Below the pieces are notes generated by a model. The model worked only from the letters and a program-made list of their open reading frames with translations. It was not told where the DNA came from and made no database searches. Positions 1 through 13,430 of a stretch of 64,000 nucleotides of DNA are shown piece by piece (position 1 is the first letter of the stretch; each line of letters begins with the position of its first letter). Origin of the DNA: Octopus vulgaris (lineage: Eukaryota); contig OX597839.1 of NCBI GenBank assembly GCA_951406725.2, positions 26,350,001-26,414,000 of the forward strand. Reading direction: 5' to 3'. The translations under genes and the position numbers were made by a program.

Positions 1-18
1 GATAGATAGATAGATAGG

Positions 19-78
<60 letters not shown>

Positions 79-262
79 CAAGTAGTAGATAGATAGATAG
101 ATAGAATAGTAGAATGAGAGAAAGGTAGATGGATGGCTAGATAAAAAGACAGACAGATACAGGGATAGGTAGATAGATAGATATTGACAGGTACAGAGAA
201 AGAGATAGATAGATATAGACAGGTAGATAGAAAGGTAGACAGACAGAGAGAGAGAGAGAGAG
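1..262. repeat. (GATA)n/(GACA)n/(GA)n microsatellite
   Basis: Direct inspection. Confidence 0.95.
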
Positions 263-794
263 AGGGGTGTTAAACTGTTGAAAAGAGAAACGAAATTCTA
301 CGAAGAATCCACAAAGAAAAAAGGTGGAATTAGGAAATGGAGAGGAACAAATAGATCAGCTTATTATTTGCTGTCTTTCGTGGTTTTTTTTGGTAGGGAG
401 GGTTTAATGAATGAATAGGTTTCTTGTTTCCGTGAAGTTAGGTCCGTTCCATGGACGATGACAACAAAAACAAATAAAGAAAAAAAAAGGAAATGGTCAA
501 TGTTTGGTAATATAAAAATATCCCGTGATGTTGGCTTGCAACTGATGGAAACGGTGTCCTGTTGTTGCTCTTCTTCTTGTTGCTGTTGTTGTTGGTGGTG
601 ATGGGGGAGGAGGGGGTCGGTTCGTCGACTGGGAAAATGTTTTTTTCTCTTTTTTTTATATAAGAAAATATTTAAAAGAAATGTCGAAGAGAGGAAAGTT
701 GGAAAAAAAAAAGACAAAACAAACACAGAAAGAAAAGCGGAGGAGAAAAAAGACTTCTGCGAGTTGGATCGAGTCGCCGGTTTTAAAGAGAGGA

Positions 795-1427
795 GAGAGG
801 GTGAGAGGGTAAGTGATAATTAGAGAGAGAGAGAGAGAGAGAGGAGGAAAAGGAAGATATGTATAGAGATAGAGAGGGAGAGAGACAGGGAGAGGGTAAG
901 TGATGATTAGAGAGAAAGGAGGAGGAAAAGGAAGATATATATAGAGATAGAGAGAGAGAGAGGGAGAGGGTAAGTGATAATTAGAGAGAAAGGAGGAGGA
1001 AAAGGAAGATATATATAGAGATAGAGAGAGAGAGAGGGAGAGGGTAAGTGATAATTAGAGAGAGAGAGGGAGGAGGAAAAGGAAGATATATATAGAGATA
1101 GAGAGGGAGAGAGACGGGGAGAGGGTAAGTGATAATTAGAGAGAGGAGGAGGAAAAGGAAGATATGTAGAGAGATAGAGAGGGAGACAGGGAGACAGGGA
1201 GAGGGTAAGTGATAATTAGAGAGAGAGAGGGAGGAGGAAAAGGAAGATATGTAGAGAGATAGAGAGAGAGAGGGAGACGGAGAGAAGGTAAGTGATTAGA
1301 GAGAAAGGAGGAGGAAAAGGAAGATATATATAGAGAGATAGAGAGAGAGAGGGAGACAGGGAGAGGAAGAGGGATAATTAAAGAGAGGGTAAGACGGGAA
1401 TATATATATATATATAGAAAGAGTAAG

Positions 1428-1488
<61 letters not shown>

Positions 1489-1629
1489 GGGGTGGGTGTT
1501 ATAGAGCGAGAGGGAAAAGTGATAATTAGAGAGAGAAGGAGTAAGTGATATAGAGAGAGACAGAGAGGAGAAACAGAGAGAGGGTAAATAATGATTTCAG
1601 AGAGGGAGGGAGTAAGAGTGTAAGAGCTT

Positions 1630-1664
<35 letters not shown>

Positions 1665-1742
1665 AAAGTGATAGAGAGGGGTAGTGTAAGTGATATACTT
1701 ATATAATACAGCTAGAGATAGAAAGGGAGAAACAGAGAGATT

Positions 1743-1774
<32 letters not shown>

Positions 1775-1775
1775 A
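795..1775. repeat. Purine-rich ~60-65 bp minisatellite grading into (GA)n
   Basis: Unit GAGAGGGTAAGTGATAATT(AG)nGAGGAGGAAAAGGAAGATAT(AT)nAGAG repeated about 8 times, then degenerate copies. Confidence 0.9.
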
Positions 1776-2094
1776 GTGGGGGGAAAGGGGTGAGTCTGGC
1801 AGCGGAATTTTCACTCCTTGTCGGATAACCTTGCTGTCTTCCCAACGGACGGCGGTCCATTGGTGACCAGCCAAATACACACACACACACACACACGCAT
1901 ACGTATATATATGTGTGTGTGTGTATGTGTGTTTTATCTTTCGCTTGTGTCAGTCATTGGAGCATTGGGGTGCGACCAAACTGGGGCAGCACTTTGAAAG
2001 GTTTTGGTCCCCAGCACTTTTTTTTTTTTTTTTTGGTAATATTAAAAGCCGGGTAACTTATTCCATCGAGTTCTTATGCCGAACCGTCAAGTTA

Positions 2095-2149
<55 letters not shown>

Positions 2150-2470
2150 GAGATAGACAGAGTATTTCTTTATTCACCATAAGGTTGAGAAAAAAAGGGG
2201 ACAAAACAAAGGTTGGGGGTCAGAGAGACAGACAGACAGACAGACAGATAGACCGAGGAGAGAGAGAGAGAGAGATAGAGGGAGCACGGCACATAGACAC
2301 AGAGAAGATAAATGGAGAAAAATGGTCAGGGGCCAATGCTTGGGTGAAGAAGGATTGATTACAAGAGAACCACAGCGGACCTTTGGGGTCAATTACAATC
2401 CCACCCTCGCTCTCTCTCTCTCTCTAATATCCTTGTTTTTCACGAAAGGGCCTTGTCTACACACACACAC

Positions 2471-2526
<56 letters not shown>

Positions 2527-2919
2527 TCCTTTCTACTATAGGCACAAGGCCTCGAATTTGTGGGGAGGGGGACAGCCGATTACATCGATCCCCAGTACAT
2601 GACTGGTACTTAATTTATCGATTCCCGAAAGATTGAAAGGCCAAGTCAACCTTGGCGGAATTTACACACACACACACACACACACGTATATATATATATA
2701 TATGTATATATGTGTATATATATATATATATAATATATGAAAGGATGACAGGTGTGAACGATGGTTGCCAGACGATATTTCCATAACTGGATAATAATGG
2801 AACAGAAGGAATCTTGTGGCTGAGTGAAACCTGAAATAAGTCGGGGCTAATTTTATCCTCCCCCTCCTCCTCCCCTTCTTCTTCTTCTTCTTCATCTTCT
2901 CCTTCTTCTTTTTCTTCTT

Positions 2920-3060
2920 CTCCGCCTTCGCCACTTTCTCCACGCCACCTCCTCCTCCGCCCTATCTTTCGTAGGCCATGAACACAGCGTCATTGCGCAT
3001 GCTCCGCACCGGACATATCGGAGACACGTGCAATCAGCTGCACTTCGCTTCCTGTGTGGG
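2920..3060. promoter_or_regulatory. CpG-rich promoter/enhancer-like patch
   Basis: NRF1-like TGCGCATGCTC, E-box CACGTG and ETS-like CTTCCTGT clustered in a unique GC-rich island between microsatellites. Confidence 0.35.
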
Positions 3061-3230
3061 GATATGTGTGTGTGTGTGTGCGTGTGCATGTGTTTATATG
3101 TAGGTGTCTGTGTATTTATGCGTGTGTGTGTGTGTGTGTTTTGCAGGTACCTTTGTACGTATATGCCTCTCTCTCTCTCTCTCTCTTACTATACATGTGT
3201 GTGTATGTTTATATAAGCGTATATATATAT

Positions 3231-3457
3231 TTCTTTACTACCCACAAGGGGCTAAACACAGAGGGGACAAACAAGGACAGACAAACGGATTAAGTCGATT
3301 ACATCGACCCCAGTGCATAACTGGTACTTATTAAACGACTCCGAAAGGATGAAAGGCAAAGTCGACCTCGGCGGAATTTGAACTCAGAACGTAACGGCAG
3401 ACGAAATACGGCTACGCATTTCGCCCGGCGCGCTAACGTTTCTGCCAGCTCGCCGCC
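3231..3457 (-). mobile_element. SINE family C (Nin-domain-like core CCGAGGTCGACTTTGCCTTTCATCCTTTCGG)
   Basis: Head GGCGGCGAGCTGGCAGAAACGTTAGC and B-box GAGTTCAAATTCC. Partial copies near 2530-2663, 16765-16920, 53560-53760, 54223-54435 and 54770-54975. Confidence 0.8.
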
Positions 3458-3769
3458 TTATATATATATATATATATGTATACTACGTGTGTGTATCTAT
3501 GGGTGCTTGTGTGAGTGTGTGTGTATTTTTGTCTTTGAATGTGTGTACGTGTAGGGTTTATATCTGTGCGTGTGTAGCATGTGCAAGTATGTATGTTTCT
3601 ACGCCTGTCTTTGTATGCGTGCGTGTTTTACACGTGCGCGCGCTTGGGTGTGTGTGTGTGTGTGTGTTTGTAACTTAGTTTGCTTAGAGCTAACGCACGA
3701 TACTCTCGGCACTTGAGTCACTCTAACACTTCTGTCAAATATACATACATCCATGTCTGTATATACATA

Positions 3770-3971
3770 CAGTGCTTTTCAAACTTTTTGCTGGAGCGGA
3801 ACCCCAAGGAAACATTCCACTGGCTCGAGGAACCCCTGTGCAATAATTTAATTGTCCTATGCACACACATATCGGAAACAGGAGAATTAAAAATTAGTCG
3901 ATTTTAGCATTTTTGTAACTTCTTGCGGAACCCCTGGACTGTACTGGCGGAACCCTGGTTGAAAACCACTG
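3770..3971. mobile_element. hAT (Charlie-like) MITE
   Basis: TIRs CAGTGCTTTTCAAAC / GTTGAAAACCACTG; near-identical to the 15264 copy. Confidence 0.78.
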
Positions 3972-3998
3972 GTATGTATATATGAACGTATGTATATA

Positions 3999-4236
3999 CA
4001 GTAATTCCTCGCCATATCGCGGGTCATCTACCGCGGTTCACTTATCACGGTTTATTATTTAAGCTTACGTCGATTCCTCCGCGGTGCTGTTTTGTATTTA
4101 TAACAAAATAAATATATACAAATTATAAAAATGATAATAAAAAAATGCAGTACAGTATCGTTTCCACTTCGCGGATTTTCACCAATTGCGGGTGGTTTTG
4201 GAACGTAAGCACCCGCGATAGCCGACAGATTACTGT
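3999..4236. mobile_element. Tigger/pogo-like MITE with TA flanks
   Basis: TA|CAGTAATTCCTCGCCATATCGCGG...CCGCGATAGCCGACAGATTACTG|TA. Relatives near 5083, 15470, 16375 and 45360. Confidence 0.7.
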
Positions 4237-5309
4237 AGGTATGTATGAACGTATGTATGAATGTATGTATGAATGTATGACCAGAGCCTGTCAAACCGTC
4301 CATTTCATGCCAGCATGGAAAACGGACGTTAATTGATGATGATGATGATCGATATATATACACACACACGTATATTGCTGCAAGTTAATCTGGTGAAGGG
4401 TTTTATTGCTTAATTAACATGTAATCACGTATCCACACCCATAAACATAAGTACTCTCTCTCTCCCTCTCCCTCTCTCGTATACACCCACCCCTGCCATA
4501 CAGTATTTGGGAAGATATATAACAACACAATATTTCAGTAAACGGAGTCACATCTACTTTCACTTTCACTATCGACAACGTGAGCCAGAAAGGCAGTGAC
4601 GTAGCTAAAGTGCATGCAGCCTGCGCAGCCTCGAGTTTAGGATCCCAAGGCTATGCGAGGTTGCATAGCAGACCCAGAAGTTCCACCCACAAAAAAGTGT
4701 CCCACGAGGTGGATTGCCCTTCTCGCCACCACCGCTGCCTCAGCTACACTACAGCTAGAACAATATAAAACAAAAGGGAAGTTCAGATAATCTTACTAGT
4801 GTCTGTTACCCATGTAATCTGCAGTTGTGTTATATATATAGACACACACACGAACCCTCACACACATATATACTACTATATTATTTAGATGTTGTTCCCG
4901 TTTACAATAATTTATATTGACCTGTCTGTGAGATGGCTTCATAAGTTACCCATTAGCTGTTGTTTAGCTCCAGCGGAACAGAGATTTCTTAAGAAGGTTC
5001 CAAAGAACTCCTGCCTACCATGAAAAACTACGGGGTTTCAAAAAGTACTTTTGTTTTTATTAAAATGCTATAAAAATTATAATAATCCCTCACCATATCG
5101 CGGGTCACCTATCGTGCACTCAGAACATCACGGATTTTCCTGGCTAATATATGCAAATTTATATCACGGACTCTTCAGTATGTCTGGGTTCCTGCAGCCG
5201 ATAAGTATTTTATGTTTTTGTAGATTTTAATTATTTCCGTGGGAGGTTTTGGAACGTAATACCCATAGTAGTCAAGGGTTTATTGGAAAACTAGATATTC
5301 TAAGAACTT

Positions 5310-5429
5310 GTCCCACTGTGTGGCATCTTGGGCAAGTGTCTTCGGCTATAGCCCCGGGCCGACCAATGCCTTGTGAGTGGATTTGGCAGACGGAAACTGA
5401 AAGAATCCTGTCGTATATATGTATATATG

Positions 5430-5460
<31 letters not shown>

Positions 5461-5650
5461 TTGTGTGTCTGTGTTTGTCCCCCTAGCATTGCTTGACAAC
5501 CGATGCTGGTGTGTTTACGTCCCCGTCACTTAGCGGTTCGGCAAAAGAGACCGATAGAATAAGTACTGGGCTTACAAAGAATAAGTCCCGGGGTCGATTT
5601 GCTCGACTAAAGGCGGTGCTCCAGCATGGCCGCAGTCAACTGACTGAAAA
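5310..5650 (+). mobile_element. SINE family A, 5'-truncated copy
   Basis: Starts at gtcccactgtgtggcatcttgggcaag; same body as the full copies. Confidence 0.8.
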
Positions 5651-6879
5651 AAAGAAAGACTGTTGTTATCGCTAGGCCTAACTCATCGTAAAGCAAATAC
5701 CACCATCAGTGATATCCAGATTACAGTGGAGAAGGCAAAGCCACTGGATTTGGTTAGAAAGGGACGATGTGCAATGGGTAGATGTTGAGTAAAACCTGAA
5801 AACCAGCTGATCTAGCAGGCAGGGTCTCGTTTCAGAGAAAGGGGCCGGTGCGCAAAGATGCCGTTGAGAAGTAAGACCCCCAAACGGCACGCGTTCTCTC
5901 CTGATGACCCCATAAACTTGTAAGGACCTGGTCTGTGCAGTATTTGCATTTGCCAGTTGTTTGCAAAAAATCAAAAATTCTACATATTGTTTTTTTAGAA
6001 CGATCATTTCTTTTTCTTTTTATTATTATTATTTTTTTTTTGTCAAATAAACCCAGGTACCAAATTTACCTGTTTGTCATTTCAAATTTATTATAACTTC
6101 CGATTTAGCGAAGGCAGAGGTATTGTTTTCAGTCGCATTTGTTTGCTTGCCCATGGACAAGATATTTCAAGAACCGCTGGATGGATTTGCATGAAATTTT
6201 CGGGGACGTTTGGCCTCGTGATTGGCACGAACTGATTTTGGGAACAATCTGTTACCGGACAAGGATTCTAGATTATTTTACCATCTTTTTTCCGTAATTT
6301 TTGAGAGCGGTCGGGTTCGTTCTTAATATTCTCACAAGTTTAGCATAACCAGCCCCAGCCCATTCAAAAGTAAATTTGAGTCAAGTACATACAACATTAA
6401 AATAAAAAGCAAATGGAAATCGTAGTTGTGATACCCGTGTCGGTGGTACATAAAAAGTACTGTCCGAACGTGGCCGTTTTCAGCCTCCTCTGGCCCCTGT
6501 GCCGCTGGCACGTAAAAAGCATCCACTGCACACACGGAGTTGTTGGCGTTAGGAAGGGCATCCAGCTGTAGAAACACTGCCAGATCAGATTGGAGCCTGG
6601 TGCAGCCTCCTGGCTTCCCAGACCCCAGTCGAACCGCCCAACCCATGCTAGCACGGAAAACGGACGTTAGACGATGAGGAGGGGGATGATGAAGCATGTT
6701 GTTGACAGTGACTTTGAAGTTTTGGCCAGCTAAGCCATCATCGGGCATCTAATTAGGTCATTTCCTCTAATTACTCTGCAATTTAGGTTTGAATTATAAA
6801 TGCTCCAAAATGACACGAGGCTGTTTGTTTGTATTTCTAATACACACACACACACACACACTATATATATATATTCTTT

Positions 6880-7084
6880 TCTTTACTTTTTTACTTGTAT
6901 CAGTCATTTGACTGCGGCCATGCTGGAGCACCGCCTTTAGTTGAGCAAATCGACCCCAGGACTTATTCTTTGTAAGCCCAGTACTTATTCTATAGGTCTC
7001 TTTTGCCGAACCGCTAAGTTACAGGGATGTAAACACACCAGCATCGGTTGTCAAGCAATGCTGGGGGGACAAACACACACACAT

Positions 7085-7138
<54 letters not shown>

Positions 7139-7290
7139 GATGGGCTTCTTTCAGTTTCTGTCTAACAGATCCACTCACAAGGCTTTGGTTGGCCTGAGGC
7201 TATAGTAGAAGACACTTGCTCAAGGTGCCACGCAGTGGGACTGAACCCAGAACCATGTGGTTGGTAAGCAAGCTACTTACCACACAGCCA
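6880..7290 (-). mobile_element. SINE family A (~400 bp, tRNA-like head, CORE-like CCTTGGGCAAG, internal (TA)n(TG)n)
   Basis: Reverse complement of the 15972 copy. Confidence 0.85.
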
Positions 7291-7317
7291 TATATATATA
7301 TAAATATATATATATAT

Positions 7318-7515
7318 AGTTAATCCAAACATGAAAACACAAAGAGAAAACACAACATGAGGACGTGGAACAAGTATAGTATTATTGGACGCTCAGGAAA
7401 GAAGGAGGGTTTAATGTTTCGAGCGGAGCTCTTTGTCGGAAACATAGGAAAAGGAAAGATCCAAAGAAGGGAAGACGGAGGAAAAAAAAATCGCCAACGG
7501 TACACACGCGGTCGG
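7318..7515 (-). mobile_element. Penelope-like terminal-repeat fragment with decayed hammerhead motif (7411-7443)
   Basis: Minus strand TTT-CCGACAA-AGAGC-TCC-GCTC-GAAACATT-AAA keeps the stems and GAAAC, but the CTGANGA box is mutated. Confidence 0.45.
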
Positions 7516-9012
7516 TTGCATATATATTGGGTTGCAACATTCGCAGGCTAAAATGATGTCAAGTGCACTGTGACCAGTGATGTATAATGACATCTGATAG
7601 TCTGGTTGATACCATGATACTGTAATACAGTTATATATATTTTCTGTGTGTGTGTGTGTGTGTTTGTGTTTGTCCCCCACCACTGACTGACAACCAGTGT
7701 TGCTTTGTTTATATCCCCATAACTTAGCAATTTGACAAAAGGGAACAATACATCGAATATCAGGCTTTAAAAAGAAAAAAAAATACCAGTGTGGACTTTT
7801 TCACGTAAAAACCCTTCAATGCAGTGCCCCAGCATGGCCACAGCCCAATGACTAAATCAAGTAAAACATTATAAGACTCATCACAGTCACATGGCTTCAT
7901 TCAGAATCAAAATGGATTCTGATTCATAAAAAGAAACTCTTTCTCTTCACTGTTTCTTTTCTCTAAATTTTTCCCAGTCATTTGCTCGGATGAACTTTCT
8001 GCTCTGATAACCCCTGCCAAGGCCTTTCAATGTGTCACCTGCTTTTCTTCCCAACTACAGTGTTTCTCTGTTAAACTTCCAGTTAGTCATCAGAACTCTG
8101 ATTCCAAAAGCTTTTCACCTCAAACTGCTCACCTCCAGAACTCATTGTCACCGTTTTGCTTTCCTCTTGTCTCTGTTCTTGAGCAAGACACTTTATTTCA
8201 CATTGCTCCAGTTCACTCAGCTGTAGAAATGAGTTGCGACATCACAGGTGCCAAGCTGTATCGGCTCCTTTGCTTTTCTCTTGGATAACATCAGTGGTAA
8301 GGAGAGGAGAGGCTGATATGCATGGGCGACTGCTGGTCATCCATAAACAACCTTGCCCAGACTTGTGCCTCAGAGGGTAACTTTCTAGGTGCAATCCCAT
8401 GGTCAGTGTCGTGACCGAAGGGCGTCTCTCTGTCTCTGGTAATCAATCCTGTAAGGTTTCAGCCAATTGACATCTTTTGAATTTGTCTGGCCCCTTCTTT
8501 CTTTTCTTTAACCCTTTGGGGTTTCAACTGGTCATGTCAAGCCAAAATAGTCTTCCTGTTTTATGTCCAAGCCGGCCAGATCTGGCCTCTCACACCTACC
8601 CTACAATGTCATTCTAAAAGTAAACAGTGACATTGTCAAAATCTCAGAGTCACAAGATGATGTACAGGGTGGGGCAAAGAGGATGGATGCTTTTGAAATG
8701 GCTATTACTCAGTCCCAGGAGGAGGGAAATATGTCTGACAGGTACCGTTTGGTCTGTGGTGTCTTAGCACTAGTCTTTCTTTTCAGGTGAAGCCATGGTG
8801 ACAAACACAAACACAGATATGTATATATATATTATATAAATACTTATATACACTACAGGCTTCTTCCAGTTTCCATCTACCAAATCCAGTCACAAGTCTT
8901 TGGTCAGCCTAAGGCTATAGTAGAAGACACTCGCCCAAGCTGCCATGCAGTGGGACTGAACCCAGAACTATGTGGTTGAGAAGCAAGCTACTTACCACAC
9001 ATCCACACCTGC

Positions 9013-9066
<54 letters not shown>

Positions 9067-9881
9067 TCATCATCATCATCATCATCGTTGTATATATATA
9101 TATATACACGACTCCTCTTTCAGTCTCTGTCTACCAAATCCACTCACAAGGCTTTGGTTGGTCCAGGGCTGGAAGAGACTTGCCCAAGGAGTTGTGCAGT
9201 GGGACTGAACCCGGAACCATGTGTTAGGGAAGCAATTTCTCTCCACGGAGCCACAAGCATGACATATTTGACAGCTGTGAAGGCACACGGCTTAGTGGTT
9301 AGAGTATTTGGCTTACAAGCACAAGATCGTGAGTTCAATTCCTGGCAGTGCCTTGTGTCCTTGAGCAAGAAGCTTTATTTCACTTTATAGCTCCAGTCCA
9401 CTCAGCTGGCACGAATGTGTTGTACCAGTAATTCCAAAGGGGTCCAGCCTTGTTACATTCTGTGTCACGCTGAACCCCCCTGAGAACTACATTAAGGGTA
9501 TGCATGTCTGTGGAGTACTCAGCCACTTGCATGCTAATTTCATGAGCGGGTTGTTCTATTGGTTGGATCAAGTGGAACAGTTATCGTCATCACCGACGGA
9601 GAGCGAGATTATTTGACGACTCAGTGTATGTCACGTGGCACTCTGTCGTGCCTCAGTTTATCCAACTGGAAGAAGAGAAAAAACAGGGTCCACTCCTATG
9701 TCACGGATGAGTGATTAAGGAGACTTGTCTAATTGTAACGAAAGGATGGAACAGAAAAGCAAAAAATAAAATTCTCTAACAACAAAAAGCAATAAAAAAA
9801 AAACTAGTGGAAAACAACATTGGAATAAAAAAACAATGAAAATACAAAAACAAATAAAGAAAATGAAAATAAATGAACATT

Positions 9882-9884
<3 letters not shown>

Positions 9885-9915
<31 letters not shown>

Positions 9916-9946
9916 GGCATCACAAGCTGTAAAACCTGTTCTGAGG

Positions 9947-9977
<31 letters not shown>

Positions 9978-10067
9978 CTATGTGTATACATATATTTGTG
10001 TGTGCACACACAAATATATATATATATATACATGTATGCGTGCATATATATGGATATGTATATATAC

Positions 10068-10113
<46 letters not shown>

Positions 10114-10128
10114 ATTTGTATATATACA

Positions 10129-10171
<43 letters not shown>

Positions 10172-10264
10172 ATATGCATATATACAAGTGTGTGTGTGTG
10201 TATATATATATATGGATATGTATATATATGTGGTATATATATATATATGGATATGTATATATAC

Positions 10265-10332
<68 letters not shown>

Positions 10333-10335
10333 ATG
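9885..10335. repeat. Compound (TA)n/(TG)n microsatellite array
   Basis: Repeated GGATATG(TA)nCA(TG)n blocks; accounts for several spurious YIYI ORFs. Confidence 0.95.
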
Positions 10336-11508
10336 ATGTATAGTGTAACCAATCCTATGTACAATTGTTGCCATTGGCAACAATTGTTGTACATAGGAGC
10401 AAGGTATGGGGATGTGTGGTGTGGGTGGCCATGGGTGATGAGTTGCGCAAGAAACGTTTCATAGATGATGATGATGATGATGATGGTGAGGAGGAGGAGA
10501 AGAATAAAGCTTTCTGAAATAGTTTATCTCCACTATTGTTTAACCCCTGGTCAGTCCTGTTTAAGTTAATCAAAACTCTAAGGCATCCCAACCATGACCA
10601 TCCAAATTTTTCTTTTTCAATCAATAAATTTTAATTATCTAATGTGTCTGTTCTATTTTTTTTTGTTTTGTTTTAGTCACTAGGGTCGCATTTGAGGTAG
10701 GTTTAGTTGCTATTTCTAGCTGATTGAGTAACCACCTAGAGGCTCCTTCGTTGGTGCTCGTGTCCTTGACACACAACACAATCAGTGGACGACATCGGCT
10801 CATATTTCTTTCCTTTCCTAATGCAGTCAGATATAAGTTGCAAAGGTGTGTGGCCCAGTGGTTAGGGTGTTGTACTCACAACCACAAGATCATCATCATC
10901 ATTTAATGTCCGCTTTCCATGCTAGCATAGGTTGGACGATTTGATTGAGGACTGGCGAACCAGACTCCATTCTGATCTGGCAGAGTTTCTACAGCTGGAT
11001 GCCCTTCCTAACGCCAACCACTCCGAGAGTGTAGTGGGTGCTTTTACGTGCCGCTGGCACGAGGGCCAGTGTGGTGGTACTGGCAACGGCCATGCTCAAA
11101 TGGTGCTTTTTATGTGCCACCTGCACAGGAGCCGATCCAGCGACGACCTTGCAAAGATCGTAGTTTCAATTCCCAAACTGGGTGGTGCTTTGTTTCCTCA
11201 AGTCAAACCCTTCATTTCACATTAGCCTGCAATCTGTGTACCCGTACGGATAATGTTGATCAGATGGAGGGCATGACCTGAGGTTCAGCCCAAACATTTG
11301 ATCCCTATAAACAAATCCTTGTTATTTACAACATGAACAGCATACATGTGGGATAATGAATGAATGAAGCATTAATTCCATGGGAAGGCTGCTCCCTTGA
11401 TCAGATCAAATGGAATGCTAGACATCATAACCAACGGAGTCATTCATCCATTTGGTGTTCATTGTGCCTCGTGGCACTTGAGGTGACAGCAAAATCATTC
11501 CACCTTAA

Positions 11509-11729
11509 CCCTTTAGCATTTAAACTGGCCATATCCGGCCAAAAGTATTCTGTATGTTTTATGTCCAAACTGGCCAGATCTGGTCTCTCACACCAACCCT
11601 ACAATATCGTTTTAAAAATTAACTGCTACCTCATCAAAATCTCTCAGCTACAAGATAAGGCAGGATTAGTTCAAAACAATGTGGATAAAAAAGGATTAAT
11701 TTTGGCAGAATAATGCGAACACTAAAGGG
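11509..11729. mobile_element. piggyBac-like TTAA MITE
   Basis: TTAA|CCCTTTAG...CTAAAGGG|TTAA. Confidence 0.8.
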
Positions 11730-11733
11730 TTAA

Positions 11734-11963
11734 GGCAGCGAGCTGGCAGAAACGTTAGCACACCGGGCAAAATGCGTTGCCGTATTTCATCTGCCGTTAG
11801 GTTCTGAGTTCAAATTCCGCCGAGGTTGACTTTGCCGTTCATCCTTTCGGGGTTGATAAATTAAGTGCCAGTTACGCACTGGGGTCGATGTATTCGACTT
11901 AATCCCTTTGTCTGTCCTTGTTTGTCCCCTCTATGTTTAGCCCATTGTGGGCAATAAAGAAAT
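11734..11963 (+). mobile_element. SINE family C, full length
   Basis: Collinear with the 3231 copy; abuts the TTAA of a MITE. Confidence 0.8.
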
Positions 11964-11964
11964 A

Positions 11965-12415
11965 AGATCATTCCACCTTCTAACACTGAAAGCGCCGTTG
12001 ACAGCTTGTTCTATTGTTAACCCTCAGCTTTTAAGATCTTTTGTTATTGTCCCCAGCCAGGTTTCCTTCGGTCGCCCACGTCTTCTTGTACCTTGTGGAA
12101 CCCATTGCAAAGTGATCCTGACAACTGAGTTTGGTTTATAGTGACAAACTTGACCCAGCCATTTCCATCTCCTGGCTTCAATAGTTTTCACGTTAGCCTT
12201 GCTGTGTTGTTGGCTAATCGAGATCATATTCGGCCAGTGGACCTGCAAAAGTTTTCCTAAACATTTTCCTAAACCCCTCCAATTCCTTTTCAATACTTTT
12301 GGTTGTTTCCCAGCATTTGGATCCACAGAGGAGGGTGCTAGGTATGTTACTTTGGTAAAATCGTATTTTGGTGCTCAATGGAGTGCCAGGTTTTACATGC
12401 TTTGAGTTCAAATCC
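11965..12415 (-). mobile_element. Degraded RTE-clade LINE, ORF2 C-terminal fragment
   Basis: Frameshifted peptides LSTKIRFYQSNIPSTLLCGSKCW and RRWKWLGQV...LQWVPQGTRRRGRPKETW. Confidence 0.75.
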
Positions 12416-12449
12416 CACTAATGTCCGCTTCGTGGAGGCACATGGCTTC

Positions 12450-12576
12450 ACCATCATTGTTCGACCGTGGTCGAGACAATGGAATTTACTATGTTATGCC
12501 AGGCCTCACGGTGCATCATAGCATTACGGAGGTCCTGTTGCTGGATGTCTGTATCCCTGGAGATTACATCAGGGTA
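12450..12576 (-). mobile_element. RTE-like LINE 3' fragment inserted into a SINE head
   Basis: Matches the 35575 family (YPDVISRDT...TTVEQ*). Host TGGCTT|AGTGGTTAGGG is split with GGCTT duplicated. Confidence 0.72.
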
Positions 12577-13047
12577 GGCTTAGTGGTTAGGGTGTTGGAC
12601 TCATGATCATAAGATTGTGGTTTCAATTCCTGGACTGGGCGGATGCATTGTCTTCTTGAGCAAAACACTTTACTGGGTTGGCCAAAATATCCGATTAGCT
12701 TTTGTGGAACACTTAAACTTCAAGCACTCCAATAAGCAACCAACTTCAGTCTGCCCTTTGGGCATCTGCACTCATTAGATGCTTGATGCTTCAGACCATT
12801 TCAGATGTGAACAAAGAGAGAGAGAGAGGTTTAAATGACTGAAATACCAACTCAGGTGTTACAAGTTCAAATCTGATGCTTGATGTTTGTGGTCCTTTGG
12901 GGTTTCTCACTCAAGTTTCCACAGTTTTACACTGCTTTACTTAACCGATTAGCACCCATGGTCCTTTTTTTTTAGGACCAGAAGGATAATCCATCAGATT
13001 TCTGAAACACCTGGATTTTTCTGAGATATCTTTAATTAGTCATCAAG

Positions 13048-13351
13048 ACTATTGTTCCTCCTTCTCGAGCCATGCCTGGCTCATAAGGGCCGGTTTCCTG
13101 GTTTCCTTGGTGTATAGGTTCCCAACCTGGACAGGACGCCGGTCCGTCACAGGTGAGCTGCAAGATGCAGGAGGAAAGAGTGAGAGAAAGTTGTGGCGAA
13201 AGAGTCAGCAGAAGTTTGCCATTACCTTCTGCCGGAGCCACGTGGAGCTTAGGTGTTTCACTCATAAACACACAAATCACCCGGTCTGTGATTCGAACCC
13301 ATGATCCTTCGACTGCGAGTTCGCTGCTCTAACCACTAGGCCATGTGCCTC
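13048..13351 (-). mobile_element. SINE related to family B
   Basis: Minus strand head GAGGCACATGGCCTAGTGGTTAGAGCAGCG...GGTTCGAATC; shares the ...ccacaactttctctcactct core. Confidence 0.72.
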
Positions 13352-13430
13352 TACTATCAAGACTGTAGTGTCTTTCAAATATTGTAATAACATTTTTTTA
13401 ATATATTTAGTATCAAATAAAGTTGTATAA

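Noticed and set aside
1296-2636. ORFs rich in LSLS/ERER
   Set aside because: Translations of (GA)n repeats and SINE fragments.
5898-5935. CTGATGA as a further hammerhead core
   Set aside because: No convincing stem II followed by GAAA downstream.
9715-10464. ORFs up to 222 aa rich in Y/I/C/V
   Set aside because: Translations of (TA)n/(TG)n microsatellites.
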